Virus record (IMG/VR): IMGVR_UViG_3300037504_000230
Location: 1-56,801 of that record
Strand: one strand, 5' to 3'
DNA from: a virus
Lineage: Duplodnaviria > Caudoviricetes
DNA length: 56,801 nucleotides
The notes under the pieces were generated by a model. That model did no database searches. It had not been told where the DNA came from and saw only the letters and a program-made list of their open reading frames with translations. How positions within the stretch are numbered: position 1 is the stretch's first letter; each line of letters begins with the position of its first letter. A program made the position numbers and the translations under genes. This document shows, one piece after another, positions 36,626 through 46,130 of this stretch.

Positions 36626-37165
36626 CTAACCTTTAAATATATGACATCCTGCACAAGACTTCTCTGGCTTGCGCTCACAAATCATCGGGCCGTCCGCCAT
36701 ACGGCAGGTATATAATGCCCACGCCGTATACATGCCATTCTTAGTCGAGGGGCTATACCACGCTGGCAATGTCTCTATCCCAACCTCGCGGGCTGCTAGC
36801 CAACGACGGCGGTTGAGGCTTACGAGATCGCCATCCTTATTTCGAATTACGATAATCGGCGGGGGTCTGTGACCCTCCTCAAACCACTGCACGTAACGCA
36901 GTGTGCTAGCCATATTGATCGCGTTATCCCAGCCCCCCTCTTTAGGGTAGCAGTCGGCTACCTGAATCTCAACGAGGGTCATCACCTCACCTAGACTCTG
37001 GTCCCACGCCCAATTATAGCCGGGTGTATAGTCTATCCGCTCAGTGCGCTTCTCATGCTCACATCTAAATGGCTGCGCGTCCCACGTCGCGGCGGCTCGC
37101 TCTAGGTCTACGTTCTCGCGGATCCAATCTATAGTCGTAGCATCCGCCTGTTCAATTGTCAGCAC
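36626..37165 (-). CDS. ParB/sulfiredoxin-like domain protein
   Basis: PPPIIV...NRRRWLAA..VG.ETLPA. Confidence 0.55.
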   Translation of the reverse strand: MLTIEQADATTIDWIRENVDLERAAATWDAQPFRCEHEKRTERIDYTPGYNWAWDQSLGEVMTLVEIQVADCYPKEGGWDNAINMASTLRYVQWFEEGHRPPPIIVIRNKDGDLVSLNRRRWLAAREVGIETLPAWYSPSTKNGMYTAWALYTCRMADGPMICERKPEKSCAGCHIFKG

Positions 37166-37205
37166 CGTTTACCTCCTCATTCCTAGTTTCCTCTATTCTA
37201 CCAAC

Positions 37206-37249
37206 GACGCCGCGTTCGCTAAGTGACATCTATCCACGAACGCGGCGTC
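37206..37249. repeat. 13-bp inverted repeat hairpin downstream of the RNR gene
   Basis: GACGCCGCGTTCG-N18-CGAACGCGGCGTC; the loop carries GTGACATC. Confidence 0.7.
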
Positions 37250-37256
37250 AAATGTC

Positions 37257-38672
37257 CTACTCCGGTAAGTCGATTTCGCACGACTCGCATGGCTGGCCCT
37301 GGCGGCTGCCGTCACGGTAGACGCTGATAGCCTTAAGTCCGCTAGCGTGCGCGTAGCGGAACAGATCGTCCACGTCCGTCGGTGTCGAGTCGTGCGGCAG
37401 CGTGACGGTATAGCTGATACCGCCGTCTACATACCGCTGCCAGGCATGGATATGATCAATGTGCGCACGATGACACATGCCTAGATACTGCGCATATTGC
37501 TCTTTATCATACAAATCCATGTAAATAGACGGCGAGCAGTTAACTAGCCGCCCAATGTGGCCGTTAGGCGCCAGCGCCATGAGCGAGACGTTGCGCCTGT
37601 GGTGAGGGCGATAGCCGCCCTTCTCGCGACCTAGCGCCTTCGACTCCTCTATCGCCGCACTCATAATAGTCGCCGCGATCTCGCTAGCTAGCGCATTGGC
37701 CTCTTGGCTGCCATAGCGTAGTCCGGCCAGTTGGTATATCTCGTTCGCGCCCATCACGCCGATCCCGATGCGCCTCAGGTCCTCGGCGCGCTCGCGGAGT
37801 TGTGCCAGCGGATACGGGTTGACCTCGATCACGCGGTCCAAAATGCGCACAGCTAGACGTGTCACGCGCTGTAGCTCAATGAAGTCCATCCGTGCGTCTA
37901 TGAGGTTGGGCAGCACGAGGCTGCCCAGGACGCACGAGGCATACGGGTAGCCTGGGTTCTCGGCGCAGACGTTGACGGTCTCGATAGGTCCATACTCGCG
38001 CATCATTGGGTTCTGAGCGTTAACGTTGTCCAAAAACACGACGCCCGGCGTGCCGTTTTTCCATGCCTGCTGACAGATCGTCTGCCATAAGTCTGGCGCT
38101 ATACTGTCCGGGACGTTGCGCAGTGACACCGAGAGATTGAACACGCTAAAGTTGCCGTCACTGTCCTTGATGCGCACCCACTGCTCAGCGTCTGGGTGAT
38201 GTGCGGATAGTAGGCCCATCAGACCCGACGGTTTACCAGACCGCGAGCGTCCGATCATGGCGCCCGTGATGTCGAATAGCTCTAAAAATGACACGGGTCC
38301 CGTCGGGCGCCCGTTGATGCCTGTGCCGTGGTAGATGCGCTTCAGCGGCGCGGACGTACTTGCTGCCAACTTGCTGAATTCCAGCCCAACGCCGCCGCCA
38401 CCAGACTTGAGGATGATCGCCGTCTCCTTGGCGGCCTGCCAGATGCCCTCCACGCTGTTCGCGACTTGTAGGTTATGGCAACTGACCATGTTCAAAAACC
38501 CTGGCGCGTTGCGCAGGATCGGCGTGGACGGTAAAAATAACTTGCGTGACACGGCGTCCAGCGTCTCGGCCTGCCAGTCGGGCTCCATCATCATAGCGAC
38601 GCGCCCGGCCACCTCTAGCCATTGGTTCTCTCCGCGCTGGTAGTAATATGATTCGTTATTCTCGTGTTTCAT
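37257..38672 (-). CDS. nrdJ: Ribonucleotide reductase, class II (B12-dependent), compact
   Basis: FLPSTPIL.NA, SC, GGGVG, NVCAE (N-x-C-x-E), SCVLGS, RRIGIGVMG, YRDGSR, terminal CESC; no NrdB gene present. Confidence 0.8.
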   Translation of the reverse strand: MKHENNESYYYQRGENQWLEVAGRVAMMMEPDWQAETLDAVSRKLFLPSTPILRNAPGFLNMVSCHNLQVANSVEGIWQAAKETAIILKSGGGGVGLEFSKLAASTSAPLKRIYHGTGINGRPTGPVSFLELFDITGAMIGRSRSGKPSGLMGLLSAHHPDAEQWVRIKDSDGNFSVFNLSVSLRNVPDSIAPDLWQTICQQAWKNGTPGVVFLDNVNAQNPMMREYGPIETVNVCAENPGYPYASCVLGSLVLPNLIDARMDFIELQRVTRLAVRILDRVIEVNPYPLAQLRERAEDLRRIGIGVMGANEIYQLAGLRYGSQEANALASEIAATIMSAAIEESKALGREKGGYRPHHRRNVSLMALAPNGHIGRLVNCSPSIYMDLYDKEQYAQYLGMCHRAHIDHIHAWQRYVDGGISYTVTLPHDSTPTDVDDLFRYAHASGLKAISVYRDGSRQGQPCESCEIDLPE

Positions 38673-39052
38673 TCGTAAAATCCTCCTGATGTATATGCTC
38701 TAGTTTCTCTTCTGTGTTGCCATAGCTCAATACAGTCGTCTGTCACCAGCCAGCGCCCGTGCCCAAATGGACACCACGCAGCCGTGAGGTGCCCGTCACT
38801 GATTTCGCGTTGCACCTGCTGCGGTGACAGCCCGACTAACTCACTAACCTCTGGGACAGTGCGCGCATGGATGCGTGGTTCCCGTAGCCAGCGCGCAACC
38901 GTGCCCTCATTCAATAACTCCAATGTCTCGGCTAGGCGTGCGCCTTCAGACGCTAGCCACACGGCGGCATCCTCATCACCGCGTATGGCCTCGTGGGCCG
39001 CCATAGCGATGGCGAACGCCCACAACTTGCGTGCCGAGATACGGGACCTCAT
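38669..39052 (-). CDS. HTH (excisionase/MerR-like) DNA-binding protein
   Basis: TVPEVSELVGLSPQQVQREISDGHL.A...GRWLV. Confidence 0.65.
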   Translation of the reverse strand: MRSRISARKLWAFAIAMAAHEAIRGDEDAAVWLASEGARLAETLELLNEGTVARWLREPRIHARTVPEVSELVGLSPQQVQREISDGHLTAAWCPFGHGRWLVTDDCIELWQHRRETRAYTSGGFYE

Positions 39053-40005
39053 ACCCACCCGTCATCGTCTGCGAACACGGCGGCCCGTTGCTCCCGTTGT
39101 GCCTCACCCTCGCGTTCACGTGCGGCCCGCACACCACGCACGGCGTTGGTAAACGACTGCGGACGGGACGCGGCCCGTTTGTAGTCGCCGCTCCACTTCT
39201 CCATAGCGTGACGCAGTCCGGCCTCTAGGACAGCGAAGTCGCCACCCGCCTCCTTGAATAGCTCCGCCAGCCCTGCCCGCCAGTGTTTAAAGTTGCCGCC
39301 GTTACACTCAAGGCGCGTGACCTTGTGTAGCACCCAGTCGGCGCGCCTAAGGTCAAATGCGTCCACGCCGTCTGTGAGGCGGTAGTCGCGTTTGCCAAGG
39401 TTATAGTCCATCCACGGATCCTCGCCTTGACTACGGGCACCGGCGGCTAGGATGACAGCCTCGCGGGCCTCGGCGTCTGTGAAGTCGACGCGCTCTGGAA
39501 GGTCGGCAGGTGGTAGCGTAGAAGGCCCGAAGGCGTCGTCGAGGTCGTCTTGCGGAGAGGTGGTGTCGGCGGAGGCGGGTGCAATGTGTGCTGTGGTAGT
39601 CTCTGTAGTAGTCTCTGTTAAGGAATCTGAAATTTCTTCAGAATCCATTCTTAAAAATTCTATAAACCGTTTAGTAAATTTTTCATAATCGAGGCGGTAG
39701 TGGACCGTAGGCGCACCGTTAGCCTTCTTTAGCTTGGTTTCTAGTATGCCCATGTCCTTCAGTTGGTCGGAGAACTTACGCACTTTATACTGACTTAGCA
39801 TAAGTTCCTCTTCCCATTCCTCATAGGACTTATAGAACCAACCGGGCGTGCCGCCTCCCTTGTCGCTCCAATAAATCACTTGCGATAGAAACACGCCGCC
39901 TTCTAGATCGCCCATAAACTGACAGAAGGCGCGCGGGACGCCGATGACGTTCTGCTGGCCCGCGAAGTGTGAAATCAATACCTTGGCTGTATCGTAGTTT
40001 CCCAT
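39049..40005 (-). CDS. Phage replication initiator (wHTH, lambda O-like)
   Basis: FLSQVIYW, WFYKSYEEWEEE, NGAPTVHYRLD, TETTTETT linker. Confidence 0.8.
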   Translation of the reverse strand: MGNYDTAKVLISHFAGQQNVIGVPRAFCQFMGDLEGGVFLSQVIYWSDKGGGTPGWFYKSYEEWEEELMLSQYKVRKFSDQLKDMGILETKLKKANGAPTVHYRLDYEKFTKRFIEFLRMDSEEISDSLTETTTETTTAHIAPASADTTSPQDDLDDAFGPSTLPPADLPERVDFTDAEAREAVILAAGARSQGEDPWMDYNLGKRDYRLTDGVDAFDLRRADWVLHKVTRLECNGGNFKHWRAGLAELFKEAGGDFAVLEAGLRHAMEKWSGDYKRAASRPQSFTNAVRGVRAAREREGEAQREQRAAVFADDDGWV

Positions 40006-40006
40006 G

Positions 40007-40303
40007 TCATTTACTCCTATCTAGCAACTTATACTTTTCCCATAACTCTAGCCATCGCTCCCTTAGCGATTGGCCCGGCTTACGCGCCTCACAGCACTCT
40101 TTAAAGAAATCCCTAGCATAGAATCTCCCGCGTTGTGGTGGCGGGTATTTTTCCTCTTCGCAGTCTGCGACTAGCGCAATGATGCCAAATAAATCCCGAA
40201 ATGACGGCACCCAAGTTGTGCCATTGTTAAACAGCACTTTAACCCAGTGCTTACCGCCATATTTACCGAATTCCTCTTTCGTGATCTCTTTTATTTTAGC
40301 CAA
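40007..40303 (-). CDS. Hypothetical protein (lower GC)
   Basis: Overlaps the methylase stop; Lys-rich ORF. Confidence 0.6.
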   Translation of the reverse strand: MAKIKEITKEEFGKYGGKHWVKVLFNNGTTWVPSFRDLFGIIALVADCEEEKYPPPQRGRFYARDFFKECCEARKPGQSLRERWLELWEKYKLLDRSK

Positions 40304-41507
40304 TCTCGTTCCCCCACGCACGCCATCCCTCTCGTTCATTCCTGGCGAAAAGTTCAATATATGGGCCTTCGTAGCACCGCTCTATGTCAGCGTAGACACC
40401 ATGCGGTTTCGCGCTATGTCGCGTCACATCGGCCTCTATGATGCTGTCTAGCTTTTCGCTAGGGTGCATACCCGACCCACGCACGCCGATTAAGAGCAAC
40501 TCATGCCGCGTGCGCACAAACCATCCCATACCAGGCGCGCGGCCCTTAACCCACACACGACTGGCCTTATACTCGAATCCCCATGTCTTCATAACTTCCA
40601 AGGCTTCTGGAATTAGTGGTGATGTAGCCCATAAAAAAAGCACGCTGCGATCCATTGCTAAGTCTCGGATCGGTAGCATGCATAATTCCTTTTGACTCAT
40701 AGTTGGGTAGTGACTCTCCGCACTCTGATTGAATCCGCTGTTGCTATATTGCCATGGCGGATCCGCGTACAGTACGCGGTATTTCCCCGTAGGCGGTTCT
40801 GGTTCTGGTATGCTGGCGCGTTGCCGCTTCTGGATTTCACGTTTAGCGCTTGCAGGCGAACGCTTGCCACCCACCACCTCTTTAATGAGGTCTGGATTAT
40901 CGGGCGCGGCCTCGGCTAGTTCTACGGTATCTTTCTTAGTCAGCCTCACATCCGCGCCAAGGATCGCGTCACGCGCCCCCGGCCCTGCGACGCTGGCTAT
41001 ATTGTCCACTGCCTCAGCGTAATCGGCGTCGCGCCTAACCGTGGGCGCGCTCACCCCGGTTTGGGCTGCTATGCGGTCGGCGGTGTGTAAGCTCTGATCA
41101 TTTTGATCAGAGCTTTTCCCCTTCATGGACCCTGCCTCATGTGGGCTTTTCTTTTCCTCAGCATACAACTTCCCCCTTAAGTACGCGCTCTGCTGCGGCG
41201 TCAGGTTCCGTCGCCCCAACTGGTTCAGGATCACCCACCGTTTCGCAGCCTCAAGTCCTGGCAATGAAACGGTAACGATCTGGTAATCAAGCCCATAGTT
41301 TTTCGCAATGCCTAGCCGGTTATGCCCGTCCAGGATCGCGCCGCGCTCACGCCACACCACAAGCGGATCGCGTATACCCTCACTGAGGATGTTCGCCTTT
41401 AACTGCTCATGCTCTGACTTGCGTAAAGGCGGTATAAGTTCCTGAATCTCGGTAACCACGGCGGGGTGATCGCCGAGTACTTCACCGGTGTCCCTGTTGA
41501 CTATCAT
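40296..41507 (-). CDS. ParB-N domain fused to MT-A70 family N6-adenine methyltransferase
   Basis: LDGHNRL, QLGRRNL; YADPPW, HYPTM, LFLWAT, HSAKP, IELFAR. Confidence 0.9.
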   Translation of the reverse strand: MIVNRDTGEVLGDHPAVVTEIQELIPPLRKSEHEQLKANILSEGIRDPLVVWRERGAILDGHNRLGIAKNYGLDYQIVTVSLPGLEAAKRWVILNQLGRRNLTPQQSAYLRGKLYAEEKKSPHEAGSMKGKSSDQNDQSLHTADRIAAQTGVSAPTVRRDADYAEAVDNIASVAGPGARDAILGADVRLTKKDTVELAEAAPDNPDLIKEVVGGKRSPASAKREIQKRQRASIPEPEPPTGKYRVLYADPPWQYSNSGFNQSAESHYPTMSQKELCMLPIRDLAMDRSVLFLWATSPLIPEALEVMKTWGFEYKASRVWVKGRAPGMGWFVRTRHELLLIGVRGSGMHPSEKLDSIIEADVTRHSAKPHGVYADIERCYEGPYIELFARNEREGWRAWGNEIG

Positions 41508-41950
41508 GCGTCACCCCAATCGTACTGGCCCCATAAAACATCCCATAAATGTGTTTCGTTAATAGCGAGATTAAACACTTCTACTGTCCTCTCGCTCGGA
41601 TCTTCTTTTGAGAGTTCGTTAATTATGCCGTCTGCCCATGCCGAAATATCACTGCCCTTAAAAATCATAATCTCAGGAGCCCCGTCATGGTCTACCGTGG
41701 CTACTACGCAATCACCATCAATCCACTCTCTCTGACTAGGATATCCACCATGGAATTGGAATCTAGCATCATCCAAGTCGCACAGGAACACATCAAACAT
41801 AAGCCTATAATTCTCCCTCAGTGAGTCTAAGTCTTTAAGATTCAAGTCTTTAGGCCATAACATAAATTTACCTACCTCCTCATGCTCATAAACATAAAAG
41901 CGCCCACTTTCAGTGAACGGTTTAGCGGCTCGCAGTAGGTTTTTACGCAT
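41504..41950 (-). CDS. Hypothetical protein (lower GC)
   Basis: ATGA-coupled to the methylase. Confidence 0.65.
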   Translation of the reverse strand: MRKNLLRAAKPFTESGRFYVYEHEEVGKFMLWPKDLNLKDLDSLRENYRLMFDVFLCDLDDARFQFHGGYPSQREWIDGDCVVATVDHDGAPEIMIFKGSDISAWADGIINELSKEDPSERTVEVFNLAINETHLWDVLWGQYDWGDA

Positions 41951-42078
41951 GTGTTTCGTTGGCGGGACACATGCATATAACCGCAAACCGCCCACTGAAA
42001 AAGGGCGCTTCGTTTTTACCTACTGCTGCCTGTTAAATTACCTCGGCGTCAGGGCCGCCACTCCCCTCCACCACCTCT

Positions 42079-42106
42079 ATTGTACCATGACTCTCGAAAT
42101 TGTAAA
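42079..42106 (-). promoter_or_regulatory. Sigma70-type promoter for the methylase/replication operon
   Basis: TTTACA-16 bp-TACAAT with a TG extension. Confidence 0.6.
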
Positions 42107-42374
42107 GGGTGGCATTACACCACCCTAAACGCCCGACGCTTGACGCCCAACCGGAACCGCCTCCCCTCAGCTACCTCGAACGTCGCCTTAGTCGTCATGC
42201 CGTGGCATGACGGACTGCGCTCCAACGACGGCGTCCCATAGCGCTCGCGCATCCTCAGCAGCGCCTCGGCCATGTCGGCTACCGTGCACTGCGACGGGAC
42301 GGCGGTTGCGCCGCCGGGAAAGTCGATGCGGCGGTAGTGCACGAGATCCGGTAGGTAGCGGCTGCGCCAGTACT

Positions 42375-42650
42375 CTACGATGCATTGTATGGCGCACCTC
42401 CTCTCCTCAAAAACCGTATCGCCTCGGCCAGCCGCCGCCCTTGCTGCGTCGTCAGCCGTCCTTCGTCTAGCGCGACCATGCCTGCATCTATAATAGCATT
42501 GGCCTCAGTGGCGCTGCTAATACTCGTGCCGTCCGGCAGGGCGTCCGTGAGGATGGCGACGACGGCCCCGGAGCGCGTGAGGTTATTACGTTCCGCATAG
42601 GCGTCAAGACGTGCGTAGAGATGGGCGGGCATACTGATAGACCTTATCAT
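42375..42650 (-). CDS. Ribbon-helix-helix (CopG-like) DNA-binding protein
   Basis: SISMP..LYARLDAYAERNNLTRSGAV. Confidence 0.75.
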   Translation of the reverse strand: MIRSISMPAHLYARLDAYAERNNLTRSGAVVAILTDALPDGTSISSATEANAIIDAGMVALDEGRLTTQQGRRLAEAIRFLRRGGAPYNAS

Positions 42651-43003
42651 AGCGCCACCACCTCGAAAAAGCCAAGCATACCCTTCATGGGATAAAACTC
42701 ATGCTGGCGTGCCTCACTCAGCATGAACCCGTGCGGCCCCATAAACCACGGCGACGCACTCTCCTCAACGACGTCTACCAGCTCGACGCTGCCGATGATA
42801 CCGCCGCGCGGATAACTCGACGGCGCGGGCAGCGATAGTCCGATCTCTGACTGGACCCATGCATAGCCCTCGTGATCGAACTTGAGGCTAGCATGGACCA
42901 GGAACCGCCCACGAAACGACGTGCGCCATGTGCGGTTCTCGATATCCTTGTAGCCCCTGGCGATTAGCGTCGCCCAGGGTTGTCTAATTGCCAGCGCCTT
43001 CAT
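42647..43003 (-). CDS. ASCH domain protein
   Basis: MKALAIRQPWATLI..G.KDIENRTW.T.FRG..LVHAS. Confidence 0.9.
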   Translation of the reverse strand: MKALAIRQPWATLIARGYKDIENRTWRTSFRGRFLVHASLKFDHEGYAWVQSEIGLSLPAPSSYPRGGIIGSVELVDVVEESASPWFMGPHGFMLSEARQHEFYPMKGMLGFFEVVAL

Positions 43004-43239
43004 AGCAGCCTCCCTTGCCTCAGCGCTAGCGCCGCGTCTATGCGCTCCACCCGCCACTTGAATGGGCGGTAAAACTCCGCTAACTCCTCAGTTAAGCCCT
43101 TGCGTTCGCACTCCTCGACGAACGACAGGGCCTCGGCGCGCCAGCGCGCCAACTGCTCGCGGATAAAGTCCGCGTCGTTAGATGGGTTGCGTAGTGCGCG
43201 GATGAGGAAGTCCACGCGCTCGTTTATGCTACGCGTCAT
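43000..43239 (-). CDS. Hypothetical helical protein
   Basis: GGAGG RBS before MTRSINER; ATGA coupling. Confidence 0.6.
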   Translation of the reverse strand: MTRSINERVDFLIRALRNPSNDADFIREQLARWRAEALSFVEECERKGLTEELAEFYRPFKWRVERIDAALALRQGRLL

Positions 43240-43765
43240 GACCAACCTCCTCCAGGCACTCGCGGTGCCCGTAGGTTGCTGACCCATCGGGATACCAGCC
43301 CCATGTCCGTCCCCAGGTCTCCGGGGCCTCATACCAGTCCACCATGTCCAGCAGGAACCGGTGCTGGTCGTCGCGTGCGTAAACCGTGTCGCACCGCCGC
43401 CCGCAGACCTCGCAACTACCGTAACGGTCACTACCGTGTCCGGTGTTGCGGATATGGTAGCGGCGCGTGCCGCCGTCGCTGTATGTCCAGGCATCGAGGG
43501 TTGCCCAGCCTCGCGCCGTGTGATACAGCCGGACGACGCGTCCGTCGCGGGAGGCCCGGAGCTTAATGATATCGGCGGACGTGAGCATGATCTTACCGCC
43601 CGTACTGAGAATGATAATATCATTGCCATCCTCATGGACTTTCTCGCCCGCGAAGACTTCCCTAATATCGCGTATGTCATACGCCACATCGGCTTGCGCG
43701 CTCGTGATACGCACCGTCTCGCCCTCTAGTCGCTTGAGGGCGGCCATAACCTCTTGCCTATTCAT
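43229..43765 (-). CDS. Hypothetical protein with a C-terminal Zn-binding module
   Basis: TG..S..YGSCEVCG...GHRECL. Confidence 0.7.
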   Translation of the reverse strand: MNRQEVMAALKRLEGETVRITSAQADVAYDIRDIREVFAGEKVHEDGNDIIILSTGGKIMLTSADIIKLRASRDGRVVRLYHTARGWATLDAWTYSDGGTRRYHIRNTGHGSDRYGSCEVCGRRCDTVYARDDQHRFLLDMVDWYEAPETWGRTWGWYPDGSATYGHRECLEEVGHDA

Positions 43766-44066
43766 TGCGCACCGCCTCAGATGCGTGCAGACCGGACGTC
43801 CATTCCTCCAAACAGCGCGGGTGCCCAGTGCGGTCCGGCTCGACTGGCCCCCATCCGTAGCGCTGGCCGCGCCTAATAAAGTCCGCGTGGCGATGGGCGT
43901 CTAGTTTGTACTGCACCCAAACACGGGCACGGTACACATGCTCACAGTACTCGCCGCATATCTCGCATGGCCCCAACTTTCCACTATTCCATCCGGTCGG
44001 CTCGATGACGTAACGGATCTGCCCGCCGTCTGTATACTTTACCTCATTCTCAATTAGCTGTAACAT
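43758..44066 (-). CDS. Hypothetical Zn-binding protein, paralogous module to 43229..43765
   Basis: AAGGAGG RBS; TG.NS..LGPCEICG...GHPRCL. Confidence 0.7.
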   Translation of the reverse strand: MLQLIENEVKYTDGGQIRYVIEPTGWNSGKLGPCEICGEYCEHVYRARVWVQYKLDAHRHADFIRRGQRYGWGPVEPDRTGHPRCLEEWTSGLHASEAVRNE

Positions 44067-44255
44067 CGTTTCCTCCTTGTTCCCGCCAGCCTGGCGGGTA
44101 TAAACGCTGTAATGCTGGCGGCGCATCCATCCAGCCACGATACACCGCCAGCCGCTCAATTAGTTCACGTTCGTGGCCCTGCGCGCGTCGCCACGCCTCG
44201 CGTAACTCCTCTTGGGAGAGGTGACCGTATGTGCGCAGGGCCTCCGCCGCGTAAG

Positions 44256-44573
44256 TCACCGGCGTTTCCAGCCGCCGTTTCCGGTAGCGCTATAATACAG
44301 GCGTGGGACGACGGCTCGCTGCGGGCGTTTGCGCGCGACGATTTTTGCTATAGCCTCGCCGCGCTCGTCATCACACGAGAGCAGCACGCCGTCGCCGATG
44401 CCGACTACCCGGCTGCTGCCCTCGCACTCGACCACGTCAGCGCTCAATACTGGACGTAGTAGCATAAGGAGCATCCGGGCATTCAGGCGCAACTCGTCCG
44501 TATCATGGTACGTCTGCCCGCTGGCGGCCTGCTGTAATGCCGTCAAGTCTGATAGGTTCACCGCCCACGGCAT
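44256..44573 (-). CDS. Hypothetical protein
   Basis: GGAGGT RBS before MPWAV. Confidence 0.6.
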   Translation of the reverse strand: MPWAVNLSDLTALQQAASGQTYHDTDELRLNARMLLMLLRPVLSADVVECEGSSRVVGIGDGVLLSCDDERGEAIAKIVARKRPQRAVVPRLYYSATGNGGWKRR

Positions 44574-44652
44574 AGTTTCACCTCCACTAGCCACACCAGC
44601 GCCCATGCGGGCGACAGGCAGGCTAGGATTGCGATTAAAAATAGAATCCACA

Positions 44653-44937
44653 TCATTCTACCCCCAACATTACACAGTTCCCATCTTCAACTACGAAAAG
44701 CCGCCCACACTGACAGCATCTCATGAATGACTTCCATTTCGTGCAACCAAACGGATCGCGCGGCGTCCTCCCCTGCCACTTGTCGTAATTGAATATCCAC
44801 TCCTGTGGCTCGTCGCCACAGCAGTGCCTACCGCAATCCGGACAGATGGCTGTGAGTCCCTCTATCATTAGATAGTTCTCATGTTTCCTCACTACGTCCG
44901 CAAGTTCTTTGCGGATTTGCTCGTCAATCTTCCCCAT
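44653..44937 (-). CDS. Zinc-ribbon protein
   Basis: AGGAGG RBS; CPDCG...CCQCG. Confidence 0.65.
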   Translation of the reverse strand: MGKIDEQIRKELADVVRKHENYLMIEGLTAICPDCGRHCCGDEPQEWIFNYDKWQGRTPRDPFGCTKWKSFMRCCQCGRLFVVEDGNCVMLGVE

Positions 44938-44938
44938 C

Positions 44939-45292
44939 TCACTTTCCTCCTTCGGCGCGCCGCTCGAACTTAGCGCACGCGCCCTCAATTATATTGGCAG
45001 GCGTGACGGCGGCATATAACCACCACAGCCAGTGCCACGCCTGTGCTACATAATAGCCCACGTCGCCCCACTCTCCGGCGACATCACCGCTGGTCACTAC
45101 GGCCCCGACAACCTCAGATAACTCGCCGCGCTTCCAGCCGATGCGCGGCGTGCCTGGCCGTGCCCAGTCCCGGCACTCTTGGATGAGTAGCTTGCGGAGC
45201 GCCTTGACTGGCGTCGCGGGCCGCTCATTCCGTGAGGCCGCTATCCTGCGCGCGGCCTCACGGAGACGGGAGCGGCTGCAACTATGCGTCAT
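44939..45292 (-). CDS. Putative MazG-like nucleotide pyrophosphohydrolase
   Basis: GELSEV...AGEWGDV fits E-x2-E...E-x2-D. Confidence 0.5.
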   Translation of the reverse strand: MTHSCSRSRLREAARRIAASRNERPATPVKALRKLLIQECRDWARPGTPRIGWKRGELSEVVGAVVTSGDVAGEWGDVGYYVAQAWHWLWWLYAAVTPANIIEGACAKFERRAEGGK

Positions 45293-46028
45293 AGCCGTCA
45301 TCCTCGACCTCAGCAATACTCAGTCCCTCGGCCTCTATTGCGCGTAGGCGTTCTAGAGTGTCCGGCGCCCGGTAGCACGCCGGTGGATCGTCGTCCTCGA
45401 TCTTGATCCATCCGATGGCGCCATCGAATTCTGTGTCGCCATCGAATTCTGTGTCGCCATATGGATTCTGCTGGGATACCACACCCACGTGGCCGCTACC
45501 GTATGCGTGTAACTGCTCGCGCGCATACGAGAAGTCGTACTCGTGGATTTCCGCCTCTTCTACGGAGGCGTCAGGGCCATCAAAGTCCTCTGGGAAGTTC
45601 TCCCAAATCCGCTGGAGTAGCGGCGGGAGGTCTCCTATCCAGACGTTGACGGCGAACGGCTCGCCGTCGAGTTCGTCTGACATGCTGACATGAACGCCAG
45701 CGACTGTCGGGTAATCGCGGAGCTCTGGATCCCGCTCCTCGATTACCCGGTAGTCACGGCATCCGCTCATGCCCATGCGGACATCGACGGCGAAGCGGTG
45801 CTCGCGACCCTGGTGGGCCTTTGTGGCCCCATCCGCGAATTCGCAGCCTAGGGCGCTGACGACCGCACGTAAGACGCTCACGTGCGGCGCATTGCCGGTG
45901 AGGCGCTTGACCTTCAGGCGCCCAGACTGCGCCTCAAACGCAACTGCTATGCGGCCTCGCATAAAATAATAGCCCGAATCATCCTCAAACATCTTACCCC
46001 AATTAAAGTGCTTTACGAACCCCTTCAT
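45282..46028 (-). CDS. Acidic hypothetical early protein
   Basis: AAGGAGG RBS; contains an 18-bp tandem repeat (GDTEFD x2, ~45420-45460). Confidence 0.7.
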   Translation of the reverse strand: MKGFVKHFNWGKMFEDDSGYYFMRGRIAVAFEAQSGRLKVKRLTGNAPHVSVLRAVVSALGCEFADGATKAHQGREHRFAVDVRMGMSGCRDYRVIEERDPELRDYPTVAGVHVSMSDELDGEPFAVNVWIGDLPPLLQRIWENFPEDFDGPDASVEEAEIHEYDFSYAREQLHAYGSGHVGVVSQQNPYGDTEFDGDTEFDGAIGWIKIEDDDPPACYRAPDTLERLRAIEAEGLSIAEVEDDGYDA

Positions 46029-46051
46029 CGTATTCCTCCTTATTCATAGTC

Positions 46052-46130
46052 TTTAACTCCCCTCCCGCTTTCCCCGGACTTGGGACCGGCCTCGGTGCGG
46101 TTAGAGTCGGCCCTTGCGGGCCAGGACTCT
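46052..46130. repeat. 79-bp structured direct repeat, copy 1
   Basis: Identical to 46415-46493. Confidence 0.95.

Noticed and set aside
38669-39052. Excisionase implying integration
   Set aside because: This HTH class is common as a regulator, and no integrase or att site was found
42115-42397. ORFs 42115..42342 and 42188..42397
   Set aside because: Conflicting frames; the RBS fits one frame and protein-like sequence fits the other; cannot call, possibly a frameshifted remnant
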